A DNA stretch of 63,777 nt, counting the filler, from Saprolegnia diclina VS20 (taxonomy: Eukaryota): assembly GCF_000281045.1 (NCBI RefSeq). It is 10 parts of 2 records of this genome, joined end to end, with 100 filler letters (N's around TTAATTAATTAA, not from the genome) between each part and the next. Parts side by side here need not be neighbours in the genome. Positions count along the whole stretch, not along the records: positions 33,673 to 44,212 come from NW_008246079.1; positions 44,313 to 47,165 come from NW_008246079.1; positions 47,266 to 48,303 come from NW_008246079.1; 7 more parts are not named here. The stretch is one strand, 5' to 3'. The notes below the pieces were generated by a model, which was not told the origin of the DNA, did not search any database, and worked only from the letters and a program-made list of their open reading frames with translations. Below are positions 36,669 through 47,640 of this stretch, piece by piece. Positions within the stretch are counted from its first letter, which is position 1. Each line of letters begins with the position of its first letter. The translations under genes were made by a program, and so were the position numbers.

Positions 36669-38110
36669 ATGGCACACGATGACGACCTTCCAGCAGAGGA
36701 TGTGGCCCGCATCGAGGACGCGGTGAAAGCAGCGATCGCCCAAACGCTCGGCTGGTCCTACGTTGACGCCTACACCACAAGTCGCAACCGTCTCCGGCCA
36801 GGTATGCTCCCTTTCACACTCTTGACCACTTCGGACGCGATTATCCCAAGGCCGGCGACGCACCTCGTTCGGCGATCTGGAGCTCCCATTTGCCATCGAC
36901 GTCTTCAAGCGTCACATCCGCGCCCAGTGTGTCCAGAAGCTTCCGAAAGCAGCGTTGTATGTCACGACCGTGTCGGACTATGGGCTCACGCGCCACTTTG
37001 CGTACGCCACTTCCAAGGCCGTCGCCGACGCGCTCCGACAGGTCTTGCTCCTCGACACGTCGCTCGCCGGGCTTCTTAGCAACCTCGTGTGCGATGCCAA
37101 AGGCGTGCTGACGTTCACGACACAGCGGCACTTTGCGTGGCACTCGACGCACGGACGTCTCGTCTGCTCTGCGTGCGGGTACTTCTTCAACGGCCAGCGC
37201 GGCCTGCGCATCCACCAAGTCACGCAACACGGCATTGCGTACGATCGCGCGCAGTCCGAGGCACTCTCGAGCGACACGCAGCTCGTGGTGTATGTGCCGA
37301 CCAACGACGGCGTCGCGCACGGTCGACGTGCGAAAGCCTCTCCAGTCGCGACGGACCCGGGTCTTGAGGCAGCAAAACTCGGAGACCTCGATCTGCTGCA
37401 ATCGCTGGTGGCGACCGGGTGGGACCCGCAAAAGGTTGTCGATCGTCATGGGTCGAACACGCTTGCGTGGGCCGCGGGGGGCAACCATCTTGACGTGTGC
37501 AAGTACCTCGTCGAGACGTGCCATCTCAGTGCGTCGGCGCTGCAAGGCAAACCCGGGATGAAGCGCAACGCACTGCACTGGGCCGCGCGCAACGGGCATG
37601 TGGCCATCACCGCCTGGCTGCTGGAGACGCAGCAGGTTTCCGTGGACGCCCCGACCGAAGACGGCACGACCGCGTTCCACTTTGCCGTTTGGAACAGCCA
37701 AGTGCACATGTGCCGCTGGCTCGTGTACGCCGCTGCATATCTCGGAAATACTGGATGGGACGAAACACTGTGTTAGGACCAATGGCAAGTGCAATGTACA
37801 TGCTCTGAATGCATACGGCTGCAATGCGTCGCAGTGGAGCGCGTTGACGGGCAGTGTCGAGATGTTGTCGCTTCTCCAAGACGTCGGCGTCGACCTCGGT
37901 GTCATCAACTACAACGGCCACTCGGCCTTGCACAAGGCAGCCCTGCGGGGCCATCAGGACGCCTGCGTGTGGCTGTTGTCCCACGGAGGTCTTGGCCGGC
38001 GCCACATGCGGCCCGACAGCGACGGCTTTACACCCATGACGTTTGCGTCCACGAACGGGTTCCCGACCCTCGGGACCTATCTTGCCGACTGGTTCGAAAT
38101 GGCGTTGTAA
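36669..38110 (+). CDS. C2H2 zinc finger + ankyrin repeat protein, introns 36802-36850 and 37725-37776
   Basis: CSACGYFFNGQRGLRIHQVTQH finger. Ankyrin repeats GSNTLAWAAGGNHLDVCKYL, RNALHWAARNGH, GTTAFHFAVWN and GHSALHKAALRGH. Confidence 0.88.
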
Positions 38111-39122
38111 TGGGATAAAGGCGCGCGTGCAGTTCATGAATCCACCGTGGCAATGACGTCCATCTCCGCCCATCTCGCCGCCTCAGTCGGTTTCGGAGAT
38201 GCTAGAACACAGCCCAGTAGGAGGACAGCGTGTGTGCTCTCTCCGCCTGTTTATCTCACACTGCCGCCGAGCCCATCGATGCGTGTGTTGTGCGACTGCC
38301 GGTCGTCGATGCAGTGCGACGGACGCGCCGGTGCTTGGCGTCCGCGGTTGGCATGCCACAGGGGACTTTCCCACCTTGGCCGGGACGGGTTCCAACCAGC
38401 GTCCGTCCAGCGAAAAGGCAAGTTGGCACTCACTGGAGACTGCGTGACCAACCCGTGTCGCACGCGAACCCGTCGAAGCATCTTTCCATGTCCGGATACG
38501 CGTCACCACCGACATTGAAGACTAGTTGCACCCAACTTGAAGCGAGAAGGCAACGCTGCCACCGAGCGGATAGAAGCTCTGCAGACTGCTCCAAACCTGT
38601 TGATCTATGCGCAAGCAAGATGCGCTGCATGAACAAGCGACGTGGGATATAGAGTGCGCACACTGTGGCAATGCAGTCGAGTGCGGGATGTATCGCAAGG
38701 ACCGATACCTCTCCACTCTACCAAGCGTGTTCATTCGAACGATCGAAGCATGTCTTGATCAATATGCCACAATCGAATAGCCTTGGTGCATTCCAACCAA
38801 AAGCGCCCGTTGGCTTGCGAGCAAGTCTTTCACACCGATCTCTGACAAAGGTCAACAAGAAAGGACCCATGTCTATGAGTTCTGATAGGTTGCGTATATT
38901 CAGCCAATCTTTTCCGTCCTCCACTCACAAAAGCATAGTTTAATTGATGCATTTTATTCAGCATAGTCCAGTCCAGTGCATCGCACGCCTTTGCAATAAA
39001 TGCCATGGAGATCGTCCGGATACCGATCGGAAAAATGTCCATAAACTAAACGGCGGTTCAATGTTCGGCAGTTGAAACGGCGAAAGGACGTTAGTTGGCG
39101 CCACGACCGACCGACGGCCCGG

Positions 39123-40778
39123 ATGACGGAGACAGCGCCGGACGCCTGCGTCGCGCTCTACCGCATCGAGAGCATTCTCACAGGCAACAGATGCTCGCTC
39201 GGCCTTCTCGTCGCACCGCCGGTACCGGACGACGCACCACTGCTGGCGGCCACCGGCGTGCAACTGGTGCTGCTCCGTGCTGCGCAGACGATTCCGCCGC
39301 CACAGTACGCACTGTACCAAGCATTTACGAGGTACGCGTGCAGCCAAGTATTGCTGGACGCACCGCCCTTCGGGACGCGTCCCGCTTGCGTCACCTTGGT
39401 GCCATTGACAGCCGACGGTGCGATTGACGAGATCCTCGTACGGCGCTGCTGCGAACCGCAGACAAGGGAAGAAAAGCTTAAATGCAGCGCCGCGTCTTGC
39501 GAGCTGCCTGCTGTGGTCGTGTATCAAGACGTGCCGTACATCGCGGACGCCGTCGCGTCCGAACTTACGCCGAACTCGCTGCTTCCGACGACCGGCAAGA
39601 GCTATGCTGAGACGGCGCTGTTAAAAGCACCAGGGACGAGCTTGGACCTGACGCAGCACCTCTGGCGCGCCCGCCAAGCCCGCGCCAAGCCCGGTATGCT
39701 CGCCAAAGCAACCCCACCCAAGAAGCGCACTTACATCCATTTGATACCACAGCTGTGCGCAGTGCACCCACTGCCGTGCGCGCTCTGGCACGACCTCAAG
39801 CGGCTTCCCACCATTTTGTATCTCTGGCAAAAAGATCGCGCCGAAGCGGAGCTGCGATCGCGGTGGCAGTGGCCGCACCCTCTCACCGAAGCCCTCACGG
39901 CGTCCAGCGCCAAGCTGAGCTACAGCAATGAACGATTGGCATTTCTTGGCGATGGCGTGCTCAAGCTTGTGCTGACCATCGGCGTGATCCAAAGTGGGCA
40001 GTGGCGGCTCACGGACGCCCTGAAGGTCCAGCGACTGCGAAACCTTCAAAACGCAACGCTGTGCACGGTGGCCGAGACGGCCGACCTTCTTTCGTGCGTG
40101 GATGTCGTCGGCTTTCACGGCTCGTGGCTCCAGCCGCTTCGGGGCGATACCTGGTCGCTCCCTCAAGAGACGCTGACTCCGAGTACGCGCATCAAGACGT
40201 ACGCGACGGTCGTCGAAGCCCTCTTGGGCGCGGCGTATGACGCTGCGGGCATGCCAGGCGCGATGACCATGGCGTGTCATCTCAAGCTTGTCTCGAGTCC
40301 CAGCGTGGATTTGCCGCGCAAGGAATGGGCAGTACCCGCGAACGCCTCGTGCAACTGGCAACTCGGGGCCTTTGGTTCTCCCATCAACCAGCCAGCAATT
40401 GCGACCGCTGCTGCTGCCTGTGTGAGCGCCAGTCTAAGCGCCGAGGCGTCTACTGACGGCCCCAGGCTCCTTGGTGAATCGCTTCAGTACGCGGCAACCG
40501 CGATCGACCTCTATGCAACGGGGGCGGATCCGGGCGAGATGACACGGCGCCGTCATTTCGTCACTCGGACCTCGCTCGGGGCGTACCTCGTAGAAAATAA
40601 CATCGTGCCACCGCCAGCTCCGAGTGCAACGGCACTCGGATATGCGTACGAAGGGCTCCTCGGTGCGGTCGCTAGCTCCTCGGGCATCGAAGCAGCGCTA
40701 GCATTTGCAACGGCGTGGAGCCGGCCGCTCTTGGCTTCGGCGCTTGTCGAGTCGGCGTCGAGCGCCCGCGATGAGTGA
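39123..40778 (+). CDS. Short divergent Dicer-like protein (platform-PAZ-connector-RNase IIIa-RNase IIIb), no helicase or dsRBD visible
   Basis: PAZ-like ELTPNSLLP..KSYAE...DLTQHL; connector YIHLIPQLCAVHPLPCALWHDLKRLPTILY; RNase III motif EALTASSA...NERLAFLGDGVLK and YATVVEALLGA; degenerate second domain PRLLGES...GYAYEGLLGAV. Confidence 0.85.
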   Translation: MTETAPDACVALYRIESILTGNRCSLGLLVAPPVPDDAPLLAATGVQLVLLRAAQTIPPPQYALYQAFTRYACSQVLLDAPPFGTRPACVTLVPLTADGAIDEILVRRCCEPQTREEKLKCSAASCELPAVVVYQDVPYIADAVASELTPNSLLPTTGKSYAETALLKAPGTSLDLTQHLWRARQARAKPGMLAKATPPKKRTYIHLIPQLCAVHPLPCALWHDLKRLPTILYLWQKDRAEAELRSRWQWPHPLTEALTASSAKLSYSNERLAFLGDGVLKLVLTIGVIQSGQWRLTDALKVQRLRNLQNATLCTVAETADLLSCVDVVGFHGSWLQPLRGDTWSLPQETLTPSTRIKTYATVVEALLGAAYDAAGMPGAMTMACHLKLVSSPSVDLPRKEWAVPANASCNWQLGAFGSPINQPAIATAAAACVSASLSAEASTDGPRLLGESLQYAATAIDLYATGADPGEMTRRRHFVTRTSLGAYLVENNIVPPPAPSATALGYAYEGLLGAVASSSGIEAALAFATAWSRPLLASALVESASSARDE

Positions 40779-40929
40779 GCGATAGATAGATAGTGCCATG
40801 TACAATACGACACCCAATATAGACGATTATACCCGACTTGTTGTCAAATCACACGCGAAATTCACTTGTTTTCAGGTCAAGTCCTATTTAGCACTAAGTT
40901 CTTGGGTGGCCGGTTTCACAACCGAAACG

Positions 40930-42231
40930 ATGCTGCTCGGGGGCGCCAAGGCCAAGCCGAGTCCGCTCGACCCTGAGTACTGGCGCGGCATTACGCACTC
41001 GGTCGAAGCACATCCGACGGCCACGCTCGTCCACTCGCCGCTGCCGGTGCACGGGTACCGCCCACCGGTCGCGTCGCCCGTGCACCCTGTCATGATTAGC
41101 CCGATCCCGTCCCAGGCGCGACAGGCGGCGAGCCAAGGCTTTGACATGCACCAAATCGACTACGCATACGCCGACGCGTCGTCGTTGCGGACGCAGCTTC
41201 GACACGCGTTCATGGCGCTCGCGATCGATATCCGCCAGGTGCTGCAGGCGTACGACGTCCATCGTAGCGGCGGGCTACCTACCCACACGTTTCAAGATGC
41301 GCTCGCGCAAGTGGGCATCTACCTCTCACCGCTGCTGATGGCCGAGATCCAACGGCGCTTTTACGCGCCGCCCGTTGACGCCATCGACTACCACGCCCTC
41401 GCGACGTACTTGTCGCTGGACCGTGCCGAAGTGTACGCGAGTGAAAGTGCAAACTGGAACTAAATCTATGCGTGTAGCGACCGGATTTTGCAGGACATTG
41501 GCCGGCGGATCGCGGCGCAAGGCTCGATCGAGAGCATGCGCCACATGCTCCAGCAGTACGACCACCACAGCACGGGCTGCGTTCCCCGGCACATCTTCTT
41601 GGATTTTTGCCATCGGTATGCGTCGGCGCCCGACGTGGACCTGCACTGGCTGGCGCACTTCTTCGCCCACCCGTACGACACGCAGCTCGTCTCGTACGCG
41701 CGGATGCTCGAGCTCTTTCCTGGCAACCACAAAGCATCGCACCCGCATCTCTCGCCCCGGCCGATGAGTGCGCCCGTGGCGTATGCGTCGCCCGTGCCCG
41801 TCTCGCCCATGACGGCCCATCACGGACACCATGGGGCTCATGGACACCCGACACCGCATGGCTACCAGCCGCCACCGCACCACACGGGGTATACGACGAT
41901 GGTCAACCACGCAGTGCCCGCCGCCAAGGTATAAACGAACGCGATCCTCGAGGATCGAAGCAGAGTCCAATGGTATGTTCCTCGTAGATGGTGCTGCAAA
42001 AGAACGGGTGGATTTGTCGCGTGTGCGCCCACCAACAAGTGGAAGACTGGGTCACGCACTGCGAGATCTGCGACACGTCCAAGCCCCACGGCGGCGCGCG
42101 TGGTATATTTGTCAAGTGTCCCCACTGCAAGTTTGACAACAACTTTGATGCGGTCTCGTGCGAGCTCTGCCACCACGGGCTGCAGGCCAAACCCAAGAAG
42201 GCTCGCAAGAAAAAGTACTACTCGAGCAGCT

Positions 42232-42263
<32 letters not shown>

Positions 42264-44212
42264 TCATCGTCGGGGGGCGACTCGCGGCGGCGGCGGCGCA
42301 AGGGCAAGCAGCACCGTCGCCAGCGCCACGAAGATGACTCGGTCCGCTTCACCAAGGGCGAGGTCATCCAGGCCATACCCCTTCACAAGCACGAGTACGT
42401 TCTCGGATCGATCGTCAAGGTTCACAAGGACGACCGCACGTACGACGTCAAGTTTGACACGGGCAAGCTCGAGCGCTACGTACCCGAAGACTCGATTCGC
42501 GAAGTCACTCGCGCCAAGATGGCAGGCAGCCCGCGCAAATCGCACCACCCGTCGGCCGACGAAGGCAAGACGTCGTCGCCGCGCAAGCCCAAGCGAATGG
42601 AAATGACGTCCGAGTCCGAGGACGTCCGGCCGCATTCGCCCAAGAAGACACGCCCTGTCGTCGTCTCCGACTCGGACGACCGCCCCAAGAGGCCAGCAAA
42701 GCGCCCTGAGCCCATATTCACATCCGAGTCGGATGCTGGACCAGCGTACAAACCGGGGCAGCGCGTCCGGGCCAACTACAAGGAGCAAGGTGACTGGGTC
42801 GGCGCCGTCATCGCTAAGGTGCACTCGGACGGCTCTTGTGACGTCGAGTACGAGACCGGCAAGATGGAAACGCGAGTCAAAGCGAGCGCGATTCGCCCGC
42901 CCAGTCCGAAGAAGAAGCCGCAGGTTGTCACCGACTCGTCTGAGAGCGACGTCAAGGTCGTCTACGAGAAAGGCCAGCGCGTCGAAGCCAAGTACGGCGG
43001 TAAGACATGGAAGGGCGGTGTCGTGACGCGGCGCCGGGTCAATGGGACGTACGATATCGACTACGATGAAGGGGAGAAGGAAACGGGCGTCAAGGGTGAC
43101 TGGATGCGCGCGGCCTCGAGCTCGCCAAAGAAGAAGAAGCCGGTCGAGACGACAACAACAGAAGATGACAAGCCCAAGCGTGGCAAGTTCAAACAAAGCG
43201 ACAAGATTGAGGCGCAGTACAAGGGCAAAGACAAGTTCTACCCCGGCGTCATTGCTCGCGCCCGGCTCAATGGCACCTACGACATCGACTACGACGACGG
43301 CGAGAAGGAGACGATGGTCAAAGCCGACCTTGTTCGCCTCAAAGAAGGCTCGAGCTCGCCCAAGAAGAAAAAAACTGTGGAAGAGCCGTCGACGACGGAG
43401 GACGACAAGCCGAAGCGTGGCAAGTACAAAGAAGGCGACAAGATTGAGGCGCAGTACAAGGGCAAGGACAAGTTCTACCCCGGTGTCATCTCCCGTGCTC
43501 GTGTGAATGGGACGTACGACATCGACTACGACGACGGCGAGAAGGAGACGATGGTCAAGACGGACCTGATCCGCCTCAAGGGGGGAACGTCGCCCAAGAA
43601 GAAGCCGGTCGAGGAGATGACAACAACAGAAGATGACAAACCGAAACGTGGCAAGTTTAAACAAGGCGACAAGATTGAGGCGCAGTACAAGGGCAAAGAC
43701 AAGTTCTACCCCGGCGTCATTGCTCGCGCCCGGCTCAATGGTACCTACGATATCGACTACGACGACGGAGAGAAGGAAACTGCAGTCGCTGCCGAGCTCA
43801 TTCGAGCCAAGGGCGCCTCGTCGCCCAAAAAAAAGAAGGCGGAAGAGTCGACAGACGACGACAAGCCGAAGAAGTTCAACGAAGGCGACACGATCGAAGC
43901 GCAGTACAAGGGCAAGTCCAAGTTCTACCCCGGTGTCATCTCTCGTGCGCGGCTGAACGGAACCTACGACATCGACTACGATGACGGCGAAAAGGAGACG
44001 GGTGTCGCCGCTGAGCTTATCAGAGCCAAGGGTGGTTCATCTCCGAAGAAGAAGAAGGTTGAAGAGTCGACAGAAGATGACAAGCCAAAGAAGTACAAGG
44101 AAGGCGACAAGGTCGAGGCCCAGTACAAGGGCAAGTCCAAGTTCTACCCCGGTGTCATCTCGCGCGCCAGGCTTAACGGGACGTACGACATCGACTACGA
44201 CGACGGCGAGAA
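40930..44212 (+). CDS. EF-hand-like + two RanBP2-type zinc fingers + at least 8 Tudor/Agenet-like repeats, truncated by gap
   Basis: Introns 41433-41477 and 41929-41987 join three ORFs in frame. Motifs YDVHRSGGL and YDHHSTGCV (EF-hand-like), WICRVC...CEICDT and KCPHCKFDN...CELC, then repeats GDKIEAQYKGKDKFYPGVI.RAR.NGTYDIDYDDGEKE. Confidence 0.85.
43130..44212 (+). repeat. Coding tandem repeat, period 219-237 bp
   Basis: Equivalent unit positions at 43185, 43422, 43653, 43872 and 44091. The array runs into the gap. Confidence 0.92.
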
Positions 44213-44370
44213 NNNNNNNNNNNNNNNNNNNNNNNNNNNNNNNNNNNNNNNNNNNNTTAATTAATTAANNNNNNNNNNNNNNNNNNNNNNNNNNNNNNNN
44301 NNNNNNNNNNNNTCCGGATGTCTGCACAAATCCGGATTTATCCGGACATGCCAGACGATCGTCATTCCCC

Positions 44371-45510
44371 ATGAAGGTCGTGCTCATCACTGGCGCGTCC
44401 CGCGGCTTTGGCCGGTCGCTCGCACTCGCCTTTGCGCAAAAGCGTCATCTCCTCGCCGACAAGACGGTGCAGCTGGTACATATCAGTCTCTAGCCCGAGA
44501 AGCTAAGCTGCGCTAGCACTTGTGGGCGCGCGATGCTTCGGGCCTTGCCGAGACCGCCCGCCTCGTGCAGGCCGCCACCACGGACGATGCGGTACGCTCG
44601 CCATGCATGCCTACGGAATGGTATTTCAACTTCTACAGGCGACGGCAGTGCACGTGACGACGACCGTGGTCGACATGGGCGCCCGCGACGACTACGTCGA
44701 TAAGATTGACATCTTCTTGGCTGGCGTGCACGCCCAAGGGCCATCGCAAGTGGTGCTCGTCCACAACGCGGGCACGCTCGGTGAGATTGGCCTCGCCCAG
44801 GACCTCTCGTCTGTGGCGTCGCTCCAAGACCACATGGAGCTCAACGTCTCGTCGGTCATGTGGCTCAACAAGCGGTACGGCCTGTCGTGATGCCGTCGGC
44901 ACTGATGCCAACTACAGCTTTCTCGATGTATTTGGCACCCGCGAAGCGTCGTCGCCTGCGCCAGGTACGTGCGCCTTCAATCTCGAGTAAATTGGCTATA
45001 GATTGCTGGTCTAGCGACGCCGCACGTGCTCGTCAACGTGAGCTCGCTCAACGCAATCGAGCCCTTTGCAACGTGCAACACGTACTGTGTCATCAAAGGT
45101 ATGTCGTTGGCATCCAGCAGTTGGTGCGAAACAGTGTATTTGCAGCGGCGCGGGACATGCACCACCGTGTCATTGCAGTCGAGCAAGGTGCGTTTGTCAA
45201 GACACTCAACTACGCGCCAGGCCCGATGGACACCAACATGCAGCTCGCGGTACGTCATCTTGTATGCACGTGTACTGTGTACAAGTCGGTGTCTCTAGCT
45301 GCGCGAGTCGGATCGCACGGATGCGACGCTCAAGGGCATGTTCCAGCAGCTCAAAACGACGGTATGGAGTCGCTGCACAACCTATGTGACGCACTTTGCT
45401 AGGGCACGTACGTCGACACGCTGGCGTCCGCGACGCTCTGCGTCGAGCACGTTTTCGGGCCGAACTTCGTCTCGGGCTCCCACGTCGACTACTACGACAT
45501 TGCCGCGTAG
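44371..45510 (+). CDS. SPR: Sepiapterin reductase (SDR family), 7 introns
   Basis: Spliced translation gives TGASRGFG, HNAG, VNVSS, YCVIKAARDM, LNYAPGPMDT and the C-terminal GSHVDYYD typical of sepiapterin reductase. Confidence 0.88.
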
Positions 45511-46578
45511 CTCTTTCGCGCGCTCTGAACTGCCATCTACTCAATATCGAATACAGTTCCTTGATGAAAGCGCAAGAACTACCTCGATGGTGCGACGAGC
45601 GACCTCGGTCCTTACAGACTCGTAACTTTGTGGGTGGTCAACCATCGAGGTTAGGTGCAGACTGTGGTCGATCGACTGGGGGCATGGTAGAGAGAGGTTG
45701 TCCTTGCGGCATGGGTGGGGCATCGACCCGTTGGACAGAGCGCCCCCGCTCAGCGTTGACGGCATTTGCAGCGTAGCGCAATCCGTGCAATCAAACGGCC
45801 ATAGCCCAAGTGCACAGTGGTTGTACCACCCAAGCTATCGCAACGCGGATGCTTGTATGGCTTCGCAGCTTGGCCATGACCAACGTGCTCGTGAGACCAT
45901 CTATTAATCGAACGCAAATGGCCACGACCTTGAAGCTGCTTGGTCAACGCAAGCAATCTCAACGTCAGGCTACAGGACGTAACAACAAATAGAGTTGGAC
46001 CCGAGGATCGTAGTCCGACGTCTTCTTTGCTCCAAAGCACAAAAACGCCAGGACATTGCCGTAGCGCTTTTGCGTTTGCTTCACAACCTCATAGAGCATA
46101 CGTAAGTAGAGTCGATCATGAGCCAACGACGTTGCTCTAGTACCGATAGCAAGCCTTCTCAATCGGTCGGTGGGTGCAAGGGTACGGGCGCCACCTTATA
46201 CATCCAACGGTACTGCCATAGAAAACAAATCAAGCCAACTTTTGAGAGTGGGCATCCGGCATCATCTGAGTTGGCACGTTCCTTTCGTCTGCCGAAGCTC
46301 TGAAAGCGACCATCTGTTGGATCGCGTGTGGGATCGTGCGGTCAAACCACTGCTGTCCTATGCAACGTTCAAGGATACAAAGCTCCTTCGAGCGTCGACA
46401 CCTCGTTGTGTACAACTTGATGCCGAATGCGACTACGGTGCGGACGCGGTTTGAAAATTTCACGTTTTGTGGCCCTTTCTGCTGTGCGTGGCGTCGATGA
46501 ACTTACCTTGCGCGCTGCCCCAGGCTTCATGGCGTTAGTTAAACAGCAGCAGGTCACTTTTCAATTTGTCTTGTTGTG

Positions 46579-47165
46579 ATGGCTACCCACAAGGAAATGG
46601 CGTCCTGCGACCTCGTCGAGCGCGTCTCGTACCAGCTCTCGGTCGACAAGCCGGACCTCAACACCAATGGCTACGACGAGGCCAAGACGCCGTCGGACCT
46701 CGAAGACGGCGCGCTCGTCGCGGGTGGGGCGCTTCCGATCTTGTCGCGCGAAGCCATGGCGCTCTTCTCGCAGTACTTTGCCATCGGGATCGTCTACGGC
46801 ATGATCCCCGCGCTCAAGAACCCCGTCTTCAACAACTACCTCAACATGGAAGGGTACCAAACCACGGCCTACGGTGTCCTTGTCACGCTCGGCTGGTCGT
46901 TCAAGGTGTTTTATGGGATGCTCTCGGACTGTGTCCCAGTCTTTGGCTACCGCCGCAAGCCGTGGATGGTCCTGGGCTGGGCCGTCGCGACCGTCTGCCT
47001 CCTCGTCATGGCCTTCACCCCATTTTCCAAGCCGTTCTGCGATCGCCGGACGTACGAGTGCCCGACGAGACGCCCAAGCGCGAAAAGATGACACCCAACC
47101 AGCTCGTTCACTACAACTTTGACGCGCCCGACAGCGGCACGCTCTTCATCACGCTGAGCATCATC
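46579..47165 (+). CDS. Folate-biopterin transporter (FBT/BT1) family, 5' part; 1-nt frameshift near 47073; truncated by gap
   Basis: LEDGALVAGGA, QYFAIGIVYG, WSFKVFYGMLSDCVPVFGYRRKPWMVLGW; continues in another frame as YNFDAPDSGTLFITLSII. Confidence 0.85.
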
Positions 47166-47640
47166 NNNNNNNNNNNNNNNNNNNNNNNNNNNNNNNNNNN
47201 NNNNNNNNNTTAATTAATTAANNNNNNNNNNNNNNNNNNNNNNNNNNNNNNNNNNNNNNNNNNNNTCAGCAAACGTGAGGCTCGCGCGCGTCGAGTTGCC
47301 AGACCGCCCGAGGAAGCTCGTGATCGACGACGCCATGACACGGTTGAAACGCGGCAGAAAAGCCAGACGGAATCTATTTGCGTCGCGTCACCAGCACAAG
47401 TCTCTTAGCCCAACGACCGACTCGAATACTTATACCGGTACGAAAATACCGATGCGCATAGCGGACAATGACGCTACAGCAAATCACCGACGAGCACTGA
47501 CTAGCGTCTCGGTGTAGTAGTAGTATCCTTGCGAGTCCCCCATATCGCCTCTCGGATCTTTAAGGCATATATTGTCAAGGGTCGACTCGCTCGCCACGAC
47601 CAAAATGTTTAGTAGTACTAGCATGAAATGTGACGTTTAA

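Noticed and set aside
38360..38410. B-box-like GGGTTCCAACC
   Set aside because: No cloverleaf or A-box could be built; no tRNA or rRNA gene was recognised anywhere in the window.
42223..42271. (TCG)n tract
   Set aside because: Ordinary poly-Ser coding microsatellite.
43130..44212. Regular repeats that could suggest a CRISPR-like array
   Set aside because: In-frame protein-coding Tudor repeats of 219-237 bp with no unique spacers and no cas genes; eukaryotic context.
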